Below the pieces are notes generated by a model, which made no database searches, had not been told where the DNA came from, and worked only from the letters and a program-made list of their open reading frames with translations. A stretch of 64,000 nt of DNA from Utricularia gibba. Its lineage: Eukaryota > Plantae > Magnoliophyta. The stretch is from positions 6,014,001-6,078,000 of the forward strand of contig CM007989.1 of NCBI GenBank assembly GCA_002189035.1. Direction: 5' to 3'. Positions 1 through 14,420 of this stretch are shown in pieces. Position 1 is the stretch's first letter; each line of letters starts with the position of its first letter. The translations under genes were made by a program, and so were the position numbers.

Positions 1-891
1 ACAGTAAATGAATATTTCAGAATCAATTAGGAATAATATCATAACCCATTGTAATTTAACTAATATTGGCCAACCACTTATACCTTATTATTCCTAGTCT
101 CCTTCTACTACTCTCAACAGATTCTTGAACTCATTTTTCTCAAGTAATTGAGGTCAATTTTAGACTCTCCTAAATGCTTTTAGAGTTTGATGCTAAATTA
201 GACCACATAGATAAGGAAAACATTATATGAAATGATATTAAACACTAAATTAAATATTAAAAAATATAATAAAACAATCATACATGCAGAGACTTGTGTA
301 AATAAAGCTTCAAAGAATTACTAGTTACAACTTACAAGTGCTTATGAAAACATGTTTGATTTTGGAATATGAAAAATAATAAAAATAAAAGGAAATTAAA
401 AATCTAAAAAGCAGAATTCAAATCTATGACTTCTAGAATAATTTGAAGACTCTATACTTACTAAAAGTTTGATGCTTAGATCTTTTTTAGAGGGAAAGTA
501 GTGGTAGACTTTGTTTGATAGACTTTTATCAAAAAATTTTTTACCTACATTCTATTAAAATCTTTTAAGTTCATTATTAAATATCTATCAAAGCCTGAAA
601 TATTGGATCAAATCTTTTATTAGACCTTCTCTTGAACCTAATTTCTATCTCAAACTATCCCATTCAACTTGGGTTACTATTTTTCCTTAATTGAGATCCA
701 AATCATCATGAAAAATTGTCAAAGATACTTTTCTTCAAAATGATTAAATTGGTTTAAAACATGTAAAAACTATTTAAAAACAAATAGGAAAATTTAAATA
801 AAGACATATAAACATTGCAAAAAACTTATGAAAATTTAGATATATAAGAAGCAAAATGTCACTTATCAGATTTGTGCTATTCTATCAGTAA

Positions 892-1511
892 GGGCCTGTT
901 TGGTATGATTGTTAGCATATCTTAACAAGAGTTTTATATTAAAAGTATGTTTGATAGGGATTATGAAAGAAGACAACTTTGTTTATCTAAATATATATAA
1001 AACTAATTTTGGGATGTTAAGCTTAACGTAGGAAAGGAAGGGTGTGCGTTTATACTAACCTCTCTTTATTCTTATTCTACCCATCTCCTTACATATAATT
1101 CTATAACCTTCTCCACCTTTAGCACCTGTCAACTTCTTCTTGGCTATGATCGGTTTGTCCCTAATAGAGTCAAATTTGATAAGATAGGAGTGTGAAATCA
1201 TAAAATAAAAATAAATATTGATCTTACATATAATAGAAATATTAAAAAAGAATCATAGAACCTTTGATGAATAGAATTTAAATAATAAAAAATGGTTGTA
1301 AAAAATATTTTAATAATATTAAGGATATTTTGAACAATTTTCATAAAATTATGTATTTAACAATAATATACCAAATATAAATATTATAAACACTCGTATT
1401 TTTATACAATGTTGTCAAATGCATATTTAATCTAAACAATAAATATTTTTTTTATCTAAATAATAATAATCTTAACGAATTGTAAACTAAACAAATATAC
1501 CAAACGAGACC
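892..1511. mobile_element. Tourist/PIF-Harbinger-like MITE
   Basis: Imperfect TIRs: GGGCCTGTTTGGTAT at the left end vs reverse complement of the right end GGTCTCGTTTGGTAT (12/15). TAA on both sides (889-891, 1512-1514). Non-coding AT-rich interior. Confidence 0.65.
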
Positions 1512-2420
1512 TAATTCATTGTTGTTTGGATTTAAAGTTGAAATTTAGATTAATATGATTTAATTAAAGTAAACTAATGTATTTAGTTTTTAAAATATGT
1601 TTCATATATGATTTTCTTGTTTTCTTTACAAAATTGTATTCACTCATAAAAAATTATTTTATTATAAGCTTAAAGAATAATTTTTTTTTAGTTAGAAAGC
1701 CTAAGTTTATGATTTCTAACTTATTGTAAATTATTTCTAACTCCATTTTTTTTGCAAATACAATTTAAAACATAGAAGTATCATTTTAAATTAAAGAAAA
1801 TAAAAATAAATTGTTTTCGATACAAACTTTATCACTGAATAACATTTACGTTCCCATTTGTGATAGATGAATTTAAAATAAAAAAATTTCACACATCAAA
1901 TATAAATTATAATATACAATATAAAATTTTAGAAATAATTAAGTAATTAATTTAAGTATATTCTCATCTACAAAAAACATAGCACACGTTTTAATAGTGA
2001 CTATTGTGTAACTAGATTTACTAAAACCAACACGTTATTAAAACTATTTAAAATCAACTATCAGATGCCATTCAGATATCAATTGAATATGGATTTGATA
2101 AAAGGTGCGATAAAATAATAATATTTCTAATCTTCTAATTAAAAAATAGAAATTGGCTGACAACTCCGAACAATCAATAGGCCGAGGTACGTGACTTCAG
2201 CAAACCGGAAATCCTTGTACGAGCAATGAGACATGGCACCAAAATTGTCCTCTTGAAGGTCATTCATTATTCATACGAAAACCAAACACCCCGCCCGTTG
2301 TTCTCTTGCCAGCCAGGCCAGCATTCCACCTCTCGGAATACGTGTGCATTTCCTTTACAGAATCTTGCACGTACCACGAAAAGTTGCTGTAAAAGCTCGC
2401 CAAGAGACCAGCTTGGGCAC

Positions 2421-3822
2421 TTAGATTTTAGGAACTTTGCCCTTGTACACACCCCTTCTTACAACAAATTCGTCTGGAGGCTGAAATTCCTCCAACCATG
2501 TCACTTCAGATATTGTTTCCTGGTTCACTTCGATGGTACCTAGTGACCGTTGAAGGAAACTTGCTGTTTCTAGGCATCAAAATTGCAAATTCTATCTATA
2601 AAAATGATGGCGTCTGCTTACCGGGTAGATCAGCAGAGGATCTTCTGAAATAAGTACAATGCCTTCCTTCTGCTGAAGAGTAAGGTGGAGAAAGGATGTC
2701 GAAGATTGCACATGGCGTAATCGCCCTGAAACTATGAATATTACCACCACTAGACGGATACAGGACTGTTGTATCAGATGGACCTATCATTTCACAGTCT
2801 TTGACAATCCTTGCAGGCCTTGCTACTGAATAAGCATACCAACCACCACTTAGCGAAAACAACAGTTTGAAAATCTAGCAACAGAAAAATGAGGAAGGGT
2901 TGAGTAACTCAACCGTTTGATGGTTCAAATGGACTGGGAACGTCGATCCAGTCGTATGACTGTACATGTAATGAACCATAAAGCAGCTTACTCAGCACTG
3001 TCATTCCGGGGTGATTATGTAAAGGAATAACTGATGAAGGAGGCAGGCAAAATATTCCAACCTAGGCAAAGTAATTCATGAGGCATGTCAAGGAGGTTGA
3101 CAACAGTAATGGGGGACGAAAATATTGCCAGAAACTTACAGAGAAGCTATCACTCTCGTGGATATGGAGGTATGTGATTGGAGGTATCGAGTTCTGGACA
3201 CCATTACATTCAATTTGGGTTCCATTCCAATTTCGAGCTATTTGAGCCTCCTGCTCAAGTCCTACATCCAAAGGCTTGATTTTATCTGAAAAACAAGGAA
3301 GCGAGCTCTATGTTTTGTTAAAAGTAGTAGACAAAGCAGTTTTAACAAGCACTAGAATTAGACATCAACTTTATACGTTAGGCAAACCAAGACTACTGAA
3401 GCATCAAAGAAGCAGTTTCTATACATGGAGCCCAGTACACCTTGATCAGCAATTCTGATGACTTGTCCTACACTTACCACGACACATAGTTTTATGGTTT
3501 GGATTTCAAAATATAATCAGCTTTCGAGGCTTCAATGAAATAAATCTGATAGGAAGCAACAATGGTTCATACATGAAACAGAGTCTGATCACTTGCACTA
3601 TATGTCACTGTATCCGGAATCATTTTCCTTTGTTTGCATTAGATACAGCATACTGGGAAAACCTTGTTCTCATGAAGCATCAGACACACAGTCACGAACA
3701 CCCACAAATGCGATATAGAGCTTACCTAAAAAATTCCGGACCTTTTCAACACCTTCAGGAGTTGGTCCATTAGGCGAGAGCGATGCTATACAAGCGTTGA
3801 AAAGCCTTTGCACAGCCGGCAT
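2421..3822 (-). CDS. PCO: Plant cysteine oxidase (cysteamine dioxygenase family, PCO4/PCO5-like); 5 coding exons 3822-3726, 3285-3140, 3061-2914, 2822-2622, 2539-2421
   Basis: Spliced translation [11 protein letters not shown]...[14 protein letters not shown]...[40 protein letters not shown]...GGNIHSF...DILSPPY...[18 protein letters not shown]. All introns GT-AG with consistent phases. Metal-binding HNH and H motifs are intact. Confidence 0.93.
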
Positions 3823-6800
3823 TGTCAAGACAACTCAAACTCTGATTTCAGTTACGGCCCCTCTTCTTTTTTATAAGAAGGTCAGTATCTTAGTTCCGTT
3901 GGAAGCATCAACCATCAAAGTGGTAACAATAACAAAATAAGTGAATCTTGTTAAGCACCTACACATAAGAAGATCAAGGATACCTTATCGTGATCAGAGC
4001 ATTCAAATCAAATGGCATAGATAGCAATGAACAGGCCGAGTACAGTACCAAAAATAAAACCCTCACTAGCCCAACGAAACTAGGACTCAGGCAAACACAT
4101 TAAATGATGAAAAGATTAATTTGACATGTAAACAATACTAAACGATTAAAAGACTCGAAATTAGGCTAGGAAAACGGCACTTCAACAAAAAGAAAACCCA
4201 GGAAGGCGAAAGCAAGCGTTTTCCATTTTCACTAGCTCATCCAATAAGGAAGAAAATCAACGACGACCAACCTCCAATACAACCGAAGATGCTAATACTC
4301 CCGTGCAAGTCGCAGGAGAAATTCTACGTTGTTCTCCTTGGTTAAGCCACAGAGGAAATTGTCGGGTTTTAAGGAGGCCGGTATTCCACCCCGCCCACAG
4401 CTTTGAGCTTGTTTTCCTGCAAACCCCCATTCTTCCAATAAATAATTTGGTACATCTGCTCTCCTTAAAAAAAAAAAAAAGAAAAAATTATTAAGATGAT
4501 CATTTGAATTCAGATTAGGGGATTAAATCATGGGTTGGGCTACGGGGGACCAAAGCACACTGAAGCAAAGTAGCCCAATAAGAAAGTGATGATAACCCCT
4601 CACGTCTCTCAAGGTAGGTATCATATTTTCTTGAAAATTGGGTTGCATTTCAATATATAGTGAGAATACTATGAGATAAGACACTAAAGAAGATTGACTC
4701 TCGGTTAAAAGAGAATCCTTTTTATATGAACTTGTTATTTAGGTTATTATAACTTCATTAAATATTTTCTTTATTCATTTTCAAGAGTGAAATCATTAAT
4801 ATCTTATGTTATTTGAAAAAATCATGAAAGATGTATTTTCAAATACGATATTGATTATCACCTTGTATTACCTTCTTTTTTAACCTTGTATCATGTGTAC
4901 CTCTCTAATCATATACTTAAATACAATTAAATTCAAGAAAAGATTTAAATAAAATTTAAAAATAAAGATAATTATTCTATTATAAGTAAAATCTATAATT
5001 TCTATCGTAAATTTCTAATTAGACAATTTTATTTATATTTAAACATAGAAAAAAAATAGAAAATATGATGATAAAATAACACTTAACAATAGTGAAATAA
5101 GGAAAAATTTGAAATTTTTGACTAACATATTTTCCTTTCTTTTTGAGCACTGAAAATTTACACAACATAAAGAAAAGTTTGAATGACCAACAAGGGGATA
5201 TCTTATTTCAAACACCACATAGACATGTTGAACATTCAACATTTGAAGTTCAAGGAGAGATCGTATGCTGATCGATATGATGAGGTTAAGGGCACAAAGG
5301 TATTTTCTTAGGATTACATTGATTTTAAAATGCTAATAGAGTTTGGAATAGTTGACAGAGTTTTTACACTCTGTTTGAAATCATAATATATATAACTTTT
5401 TTTTACATGAAATTTCCTATAGTATATGAATTTTCTTTCATTTTTGTATATGAAATACCTGATACTATGTTAGAATCTATTAATCTTATTTTTAGAGAAT
5501 ATTTTAATCTCCTTTTCCTTTTTCATTTTAGTTCTCTTTAGAATGAAAAGTAATTGATATATCATTCTCTTTCTCATTTTAAAAAAGTAAAATGTATGTA
5601 TAATATAATCTGTTTGAAAAGTATAATGCAAACTTAATAAAAAATATAAATGATATTTTGTTCTAATAACAAAATGAATTTTTCAGATAGTTACAACGAT
5701 TCATGTGGATGCCTTAAAAATATATATTATTTTTTAACATGTGTTTAAATATTTGCATAAAGTCGTTATACATGTCTAAAAAATATATTATTTTTTAAAT
5801 ATTTTTTTTAGCCACCTACAAGAACCATTGTGAAAGCATGGAAAATATATAACATTTTTAAAAATATGTTTCTAATTATTCACATGAGTTGTTATAGGTG
5901 TCCATAAAAATTATTTAAAAAATATTGTATTTCCTATAATAGGGGTTTGATGTTTTTTAATGAATTGAGAAAACTGTGGATAGAAAGTTAAATTCACCTA
6001 ATATCTTTAGGAAGAAGTCAGAGCAAGAATGTAAAAATCGGTATCGCTATTCCATTCAAAAGGAGGGGAAATAGATGAATAAGGAGAAAGAAAAATTTTA
6101 AAAGAAAGAAAAAGAAGAAACATTTATTGTTTTGATAACATTCACATTCTTATGATTATAGAAGTAGAAGTAACTAAAAAAAATGTGTGTTTGTGGGGAT
6201 GCTAATAAATTAGCATTAATTTCATTGGATACAAAGTGATTTTCAACTTCAATGATTGAAGTAAGATGTGTTACCCTCAAGTTTAATTGAAGGGAGTCTT
6301 CCCTTGAAATTAATTCAAGTGCCAGAATGCGAAACTTCCTTCTGCTGTATACGGTGGTCACTCACATAGTTGCAGGGAATGCCTTCTGACTGATGTTTTC
6401 TTTTATCTTGTGTTAGACTATATAATAATGAATTTTGATTAATATTTATTATCACATCCAAAGTCAATTATAGACTTTTATTTATTGCTAATTTTGGGCT
6501 TTGTGTTTTTCAAAAAATACGTACATATTTTTACCTTACATCAAATATTATATTATATTTGTGAAAAAACATGTATTAAAAAATTACCAATTTTTACTAC
6601 ATGTTTTTCATAATGTGGTCCCATTCTTTTTAATTTAATTTAGCTTATATGCCTTAAAACGGAAACAATGCGAAAGTAGACTTTTGCCATTACATATAAA
6701 ATAAGAAATATTTGAATATTATCTACCTTTACTCAAAGACAAGATGTCGTACCTTTCATCTTTTCATTGTGAAGCTTAAAAATGCAAAATTGTTTAACAT

Positions 6801-9273
6801 GAAACAAGACAACCCAAAGAAGATCTACTAGTGAATCTGCTTATTTTGATGACTGTTTGATACAATGCCATTTGCAATTTCAAGTTGGTCTTTTGATAAT
6901 TTCAGCAATTGAGTACCAGGAAGCTTGAGTTTATTGAAGCAACAGGAGTGCTCCTAAACAATCAAGCACTAGTATTCCAATTTGCAGTCCAGGCTTGATG
7001 AATCAGTATAAACCCATACCATACCCTTGTTGTGAGGCTCAGTCGGCTAAGAACAAGTTTGGCGACGAGTGAGGGCAATAAGGGGTTCACTGGGTTATGG
7101 TGGTCGGCTGAAGGGGCACCATGTGGTATCAAATGTTATGTTTTTATTCTCTAAAGAGGGTCCTAAGTCTGCATCAAGTGTAAAGTGTGTCAAGTTATTG
7201 TTGAATCTTATTATTTGCATCTGTATTTTAAATGAATATATAAAATTATCATTATTTCTAATTATATTCTCTTTATTTTTCTCGTTTCTCTATCTCGTTG
7301 ACCCAATAAACTTTCGACCTAGATTGATACTTCAGACCTTATTTAAAAAAATCATGCAAGTTTGAATTCAAAAAAAGGAAAGTGAAAATCAATTTCATAT
7401 TATGCTTATGAGTACTATTTCTAGTTATGAACAGTAAACCTCATATGAACTGAAGGTGTTGCTTTTTCATCTGAAAAGTGGCTCTTCCCCTTTGTCTTTG
7501 GTTTTGTTCCTGTATAGAAATCACCTTCTGAATTGTTTTGTATGTGTTATAGAGTCTTCCTCCTTTTTTTCTCCCCCTTTTCATTTAGAAAGAGTAGCTA
7601 TACAATACCATCATTTTTTCCTGCTGCAATCTTTTTTCAAGACAAAGCATATCTCCTTTGACTAGTTCAAGTTTTTTTGTCCATTTTAATTCCTTGTTTT
7701 GCATGTAAAATTGAGGTTGATAGGTTCGGGAAGTTGATGTTAAGATTTAAAAATATATATATTGAAAACCTAAGACACTTTAATACATAAAACATGAACA
7801 AAACTAAATTTATCTCTATATTCTAAGCAATGCTTAAATCAGCTAATTTACCTCTAAGCACATTAGTTTTTCATAACATCAAATCACTAACAAAATGTTC
7901 ATTATCATGTACTGAGTGTATTTAGGTGGAATGTAATTAGAAAGCTCAATACTAAGTAGCTAGAAGGCTTAGTAATGAGTATAGAAACAAGAATTGATAC
8001 TAAATGTATAAGATCACTCATTACCGAGTATTATACTTGGTGGCATAAATGAGCTCAAAGAATGGAACTGAATGTGAAGGTTTGGTTTTGAGTTTTAGGA
8101 GTGTTGGTAAAGAGATGGATGGCACTGAGTGTGAAACTCGGTGGTTAAAGAGAGATAGTTGATATCAAGTGTCTTCCATGAGACATGGCCTGATTTCCAC
8201 GATGATCCAAAGCTCAAAAATTGGAAATATTCATTCACTGCAGAACATGGTTGCTCAAGAACGGTTACTACCCAGTGTATAAATAAGGCTGAATACCAAG
8301 TGAGGAACTTTGCTAAGAGAGAGCTCGATTATGGAAAAAGCAGATTCGATGATGTAGATTGTTAGGATTTCTAGTTTCAAAATATCTTAAAAGTCATCAG
8401 CAAATAGTATGAAATAACATTATTTCGAATTTACAGAAAAGAAGAAGCATAAGTTTTTCATTCACACTCTGTCAATGGTATCATTCACTTGTATCATCAT
8501 TTGAGTGGGAGTTGGGTGGTCTTTCATCGATCCAATCTCCTCTCTTATCGTGCAGTTTCTTTTACCTGTCCCGAAACTCAGGAACTCATAACCCGTTTCT
8601 TTTCATTTTTAGTGTCCTGTATCTCTTGCTTCATTATTTCTTTGTCCAAGTTTCTGGTAACTAATTGATGATGTTGTCTAACGTGGAAAGAATTACACCT
8701 CAAAAACCACCAGCCCATGTAGGGTGCTTGCTTTACCCTTTTTTTTCTTTCCTTTCCCCAAGATGTAGAGTGCCTTTTACTAAAGGGGACCCTTCGATGT
8801 TAGTGACAATTCTTATTCCTTTACTTCATAAATTTGTTCTACTCTAACGCCTCTGCCATTGATCCCCCTTTTGCAGCTGGGAGCTTTCTTTCTTTGGTAA
8901 ATAATGTGTTTATGTAATGTATGTTGAAGTGTAACGCACTCCTGGTTCTCTTTTTCTGCGTATAGGTGTTGAAGATGCGCATAGAGAGGGATGGGACATT
9001 ATTATAGTATCAAGAAGTCAATAGCAGCCTTTAGTTGAATATCCAGAAGGTCGAACTGTTGCGGTATTCTTCTCGTCAAAGGCATCATCGGTTTGCAGTT
9101 TGTCTTCTTGTTGGAATCAACCATAAAAATCTCTACAACACGGTTTATTACATGTACCCTTTCTTCTTTCTGTGTTCTTTCGGGTGTTGACTTTTATTCG
9201 TAGCTTGACTTCGAAACAGGGTACTCTGTTTCTCATGACGGTAATATGTAGGGATTGATTTCAGTTATTGTTT

Positions 9274-10554
9274 ATGGAGCAGAAGATGGATTCAAGTGAA
9301 AGCTCTAAAGGGTCTGAGGATACGAGCGTATTCACCCGCCCATTAGCCAGGATTTTAAGTTTTCGTTTCACATCAGGAGAAGGAACGAAGAAGCCGCGAG
9401 ATGATGAAAAGGAAGAAGCGCAAAGGAAAAGGCTACTGGATAAGGAAGCTGTTTTGGCAGAAATATTCGCAAGTGTATCAGCAATCAAAGCTGCCTACGC
9501 ACGGCTGCAAATCGCTGAGTGTGCTTCTGATGCTGCTGCGATTCATCATGCTGATGATAGTTTAGTAGCGGAGCTGAAGTGTTTGTCGGAATTGAAGCGT
9601 TCTTTTCAAAGGAAAAAGATGACCGAGACATCTGCAGAGGCTGCTATTGTATCTTCTCGCATTCAAGAGCTGAAGGGGGTGAACGGAGCATATGAAGTAA
9701 CGTGTAAGAAGCTGGAATCTGCGATCAATTTCAAGGACTCAAAGCTAGCATCTCTGAGACAGAGATTGGCTGAAGTTCAAATGGAGAACATGCTTCTGAG
9801 AAAGAGGCTTCGCCCCGTGTCATTATCATCCTACTTAAATCCAAGTCATTTCAATGTATATTGTACCCGCGCTGCGAAATCTATTCGAAGCTTTGTAGGA
9901 ATGCTGATCAGAGGGATGGAGATTGCTAACTGGGATATCGATGCTGCAGTCAATGCGATTGCACCCGGGGTTTCGTTCTTGAAACCATCTGATAGATGCT
10001 ATGCATTTGAGTCATTTGTATGTAGAGAACTGTTTGATGGTTTCAATTACCCTGACTTCTTGAAAGAGGAGGCATCCCCTGATCAAGAAAACATAAGATC
10101 AGAGTCTTTTAATGGATTCTTGGAGCTTAAATCTATGAAGCCATCGGAGTATCTTGCCGGGAAGCCTACATCGAATTTTGCTACCTTTTGCGAGAGGAAG
10201 TACTTGAGAGTTGTGCATCCAAAGATGGAATCCTCATTTTTTGGGAACTTGGAGCAGTGGAATGCGGTGAATTCTGGTGATCACCCAGAAACCCCTTTTT
10301 TCACAGCATTCATTGAAATGGCTAAACATGTATGGCTTCTTCACTGCTTAGCCTTCGCCTTCCGTCCACATGCCACCATTTTTCATGTACAGAAAGGAAG
10401 CTGTTTTTCTCAAGTCTGGATGGAGAGCTTGAATCATGAAGCATTATTTTCAGATAGCAGCACGGCAGAAACTGATCATTTTGTAGCTTTCTCAGCTTTT
10501 CCGGGATTCAGAGTACGCGGAACTGTCCTTCAATGTCAGGTTTACCTCCGATAA
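9274..10554 (+). CDS. DUF641 / GRAVITROPIC IN THE LIGHT1-IRKI-like coiled-coil protein, single coding exon (first ATG 9274, ~426 aa)
   Basis: EIFASVSAIKAAYARLQ...AD..LVAELKCLSELK (DUF641), a coiled-coil, VVHPKMESSFFGNL...HP.T.FF.AFIEMAKHVWLLHCLAFAF, and C-terminal QCQVYL. Confidence 0.88.
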   Translation: MEQKMDSSESSKGSEDTSVFTRPLARILSFRFTSGEGTKKPRDDEKEEAQRKRLLDKEAVLAEIFASVSAIKAAYARLQIAECASDAAAIHHADDSLVAELKCLSELKRSFQRKKMTETSAEAAIVSSRIQELKGVNGAYEVTCKKLESAINFKDSKLASLRQRLAEVQMENMLLRKRLRPVSLSSYLNPSHFNVYCTRAAKSIRSFVGMLIRGMEIANWDIDAAVNAIAPGVSFLKPSDRCYAFESFVCRELFDGFNYPDFLKEEASPDQENIRSESFNGFLELKSMKPSEYLAGKPTSNFATFCERKYLRVVHPKMESSFFGNLEQWNAVNSGDHPETPFFTAFIEMAKHVWLLHCLAFAFRPHATIFHVQKGSCFSQVWMESLNHEALFSDSSTAETDHFVAFSAFPGFRVRGTVLQCQVYLR

Positions 10555-11469
10555 TCCACAAGCATCAAAGAGATGAGGGCTGAAAACCTTAGATTCCATC
10601 ATTTTTTGTACATAACCCCACGTTACATGATTTCTGAATCGTACGCTACTAGCAAGAGAAGTCAATGTTTCTTTCACAATCAAAGTTGCTGTCATGTGTG
10701 CATAACTGCGATGACTATGGGAAGAAGCTTGTACAAGGATTTCTAGTAAAGTCCCAATAACTGAACTTGTTTTCAGAGAACAACTCCTGCAACTTGTGAT
10801 TCTAGCCTCCTACAACAAGCAACGGTACAGCAGAAACGCCATAAGAATCAAGCTTCATGGAAAATTTTCTTTGATGGGTGACGGCATGAGGCAGAGACGA
10901 CTCCAAGGGCAGAATTTTCTCTGTCTCTTCTGGTGCGCGTTGTTCGTCCAAAACTGATCCGCCAGCCTTCACACCACATTGAATCGTAACTACTATCACC
11001 GATCGACTCATGCGTTTGAAGGACCGTAATATGCGTCTTTGAGCGCTGAGTCCTCAAGGGAGGTGAACCGACAGAGCTTTTATCAGGATGCTATAAGGCG
11101 TTCAAGAGCCTCAACATGAGAATCCCTGGAGACCATATATTCTACTACCACCTCCGCCTTGCTACATTATTGTGAGAAAGAAAACAGACCCCTGGAAACT
11201 CAACTCTGAGTCTTTGCTGTTGGTTTTCTTATAGCAAGATTGACTTGGATTTTTTATTGATAGAAAATATATGAGCTTTCAATACAACTCAGTGCTATAA
11301 ATAAAACTGCGATCTAACTAACAACACTAAAATCACAATTCCAAAATTCAAGAGCACCATCAATTTCCATGAGAATAGGGGTATGCACTTTATCGGAGCG
11401 TAGTTTCATGGAGACATGGTGAGGTGGCACGCGTTTATCAAGTTCCTTTTTCTGTGATGGAAGGGCAAT

Positions 11470-11775
11470 CAGCTTTTATCATCCTTTTTGACAAGCTCCT
11501 CGCCTTTTTCCATCTATTAAACCAAGTTTATTTCTCAATTTCTCAAACTGACCACGAGACAGAGCATTTGTGTGAACATATAAGCAGCCTGTGCTTCTGA
11601 GTTGCAATGCAATGTAAAAAGCCACATTCTTTATTCTTTTGACTTTCTCTGGTACAAGGATACTTTACTGAAATATTTTTCTTTCTCACATGAAAAATCC
11701 ACCAACATTTTCCTTAACCAGTATACTTGATTCCCAACGAGAGATGCAGCCACATATTACTTTGGCTTGCAATCG
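11470..11775 (-). mobile_element. Degraded Ty1/Copia RNase H C-terminal remnant
   Basis: Frameshifted YVAASLVGNQVYWLRKML, HCNSEAQAAYMFT, RGQFEKLRNKLG, followed by a purine tract and TGT. Confidence 0.6.
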
Positions 11776-14018
11776 CCTTGGAGTCACATGTGCTGTGGTA
11801 TCCTGCATATAGAGATAACTCGAGAGTTATGCTCACTGTGGCTTCTTTAGGTGTTTGCATAGCTCTTGTGAATAGTCTTTTGACGTGCCTATGGAAGGTA
11901 GCTTGGAGATATGCTCGAGGGTAGCATTGAATTGCACCAAAGAAATCTACAATGCACTAGCACGCCCATGCTGACCATCCTTTACTTCGACAGCATCAAG
12001 GGTTCCTTGGTTTGGCTTGGAGATGTGCCCCGTGATGGCTTTGAATTGCACTTGGAGGTGGTTTTGTCTTGGAGATGCGTTTGGAGGAGGCTTTGAGGTA
12101 CACCAAGTGGTGGATTTGAATTGCTTTCAGAGGCAGTTTTAGAGTTGTGCGTGAGGAGGTAGGGTGGTTGTCATTGTTGGGCGTTTCTCTTGTAAATGCA
12201 TCAAAAAGACGTAGAACACAAGAAAAGTTAATTGTTACAATAGGCTGCATGTAAATAAGGATGTAAACGTACCTACTGCATTTGAGGATCAAGACAAAAT
12301 GCTTCCATCAAAGCATTAGGCACTGGGGCAAATAACCTTATTGATTCAATAGGGTTCTTCCCACTGCCTAAAGACTGATCAAGTCCCCAATTTGAACAGT
12401 TCTGTTGTGCGCCAATTCCATTATCCATTGGGAGACAGACAGCATCATGTTTCTGGTAAAATTAGCAATAACACATCTATCTAGTTGCCATTGAGAGTCT
12501 TGGAGTCCCGCATCATCTGATAGCACCCGGAGACCCTAGAGGATGTTTTCAATCGGGGCCAAAGCTTTAGAGGTGTAATGTAGCAAGAATGGCATCTTAC
12601 CGATCATAGTGAGATACATCCACAAGATCTCGGTTGACAATCAACCTGGTGTCTCAAGTTTCTTATTAAAGTCTGAAGAATATAGTAGATTTTGTCATTT
12701 CATTTTGAATATTTTCATATTTTATTTTCCTATTACTACTGTTGACTTCACACATGATTTGCTTTCAGCATATGTCGTGAATATATTCCATTTTTCTATG
12801 AGTGGCTAAACTTTGTGTTAATCTTTTAAGAAACAAATATAGTTGGAATTTTCTCTTTATTTTTTGTCAGTGTTCATTTTAATCTACCTGTTTACTATGC
12901 TTAGAGTAGACCTTATGGATGTAGAGATAAAAAGAATAACAAAAACACAAAATAGGTGACTAATTTGGAAAAAGACTAAAAAAATCAAGATAGTAAAGAT
13001 ATATGTGCTCGGATATAAACTAATATGATTGGATAGACCAAATTCTATTTGTCCCACAAAATGATAGACTTATGTGTCAAATGATTCCCAAATTTTAAAC
13101 CTATCATTGTTGAAAATCTAGGAAAACAATCTAGGCGACATAGGCTGTTTTATGTTGTGATATTACAAAAGAATGAACTAAAATTAGGGATCAAATAACC
13201 ATATAAGTTAAAATATCACATTGTTATCGCATTAAATTCATGTTTATAGACTTCTTTAATTTTTATTGTTGCTTCAGAATGCTACTAATGTAAGTGAACC
13301 AACATTTTGCATTTTTTCTCACATTATAACTACAAGTTGTTTCTGATTGATCCCGATTTTATTATACATTTTGTTTGAGATAATGATTTTAAGTGAATTA
13401 AATTTATAAATTTTAGTTTATACATAAGTTCCCTTATTTGCAATGACCACGTGAAATTCCCCTTATCATCATTTCTAGGATATGAGCCAACACCTAGCAA
13501 CTTGTGAATTTTCTAACACAATTTTAGGATAGCTTGACATGCTAAAAAGGTGTTAAATAGCTTTCGTAAGAGCAATCTTTATGGTATGAAAAGTTCACCT
13601 AAGCTATATTTTTCATAGCATTTTAAGTCATCATCATTAGATCGCTGAAATGAACATCTGGCTCACTCTCATCCCTCTTCTTATTTTACATTTAAAAAAT
13701 GAAGAAGTTATTCATCTTTCTTCCACTAAATTTTCCAGTCACATTTTTATAGTTGTTTGAAAATATTAGTACACTCCCATTTTCATCTTTTGAATACAAA
13801 AGCAATAATATTTTTAAGATTGAATTTTATCTCGTGAAAAGTCCAAATGTTACATTTGTTTTGTTGATGATTTTTCTAGTTACATATAGATTGTTTCAAT
13901 AATACAGAAAATAGAATTCTCAAGTTTATTTTTTAGTTTGGAAGAACATGTTAAGCAACAATTTAATAATATCTTCCACTCTAATGGACATAAAATAAAA
14001 GTTGTCTATAATACTCTC

Positions 14019-14420
14019 TGTTAAATTCCATGTCAGATAAATTTGGAGAATAAATAACCTGAAGCATTATTCCTACAGGAATGTCTACTAAGAAGATAAG
14101 AAAACAAGAAAACAAGGGAAGTGATCAACTTTACTGCTAGCTGAAAGAAAAAAAAAAGGATGTCCCTCCTCTGCTATCAAGAAGAACAAAACAGAACAGC
14201 ACACACCTCTCAAGCAACAGGGGATTTTGAACTAGTTTTAGTGTGTGGTTTTGGGTTGTTCATTTTAAGAGCAGTACAGTTTCTGTGTATGCGGAGTTAG
14301 TAATCTCTTGAACTCTTTCACAGATTTGGTGGCGTTTTGGCCCATGGTTTTTTCCGCTTTGGGTTTCCACTTATCCCTTTGTGTCATTTGTGTCTTTCTT
14401 TCTGCATTAAATTACAACCC
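14019..14420 (+). mobile_element. Possible Copia solo-LTR remnant
   Basis: Contains GGCCCATGGTTTTTTCCGCTTTGGGTTTCCAC...GTGTC, resembling plant Copia U5 regions. No TSD found and boundaries are approximate. Confidence 0.3.

Noticed and set aside
2226-2543. 105-aa plus-strand ORF
   Set aside because: Antisense to the last PCO exon and 3' UTR; no independent protein features.
6280-6305. ATTGAAGGGAG resembling miR159/319
   Set aside because: Only a partial match and no fold-back precursor visible.
6098-6361. Minus ORF faintly resembling a non-LTR RNase H-like domain (LALEL...IIEVEN)
   Set aside because: Too few diagnostic residues to support.
6840-8400. Possible Gypsy 3' end/LTR fragments
   Set aside because: No clear termini, TSD or coding motif.
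10700-11200. GC-balanced coding-like stretch downstream of the DUF641 gene
   Set aside because: Short frames with stops and no recognisable homology.
12270-12660. Protein-like minus-strand frames
   Set aside because: No family motif; probably decayed TE or gene debris.
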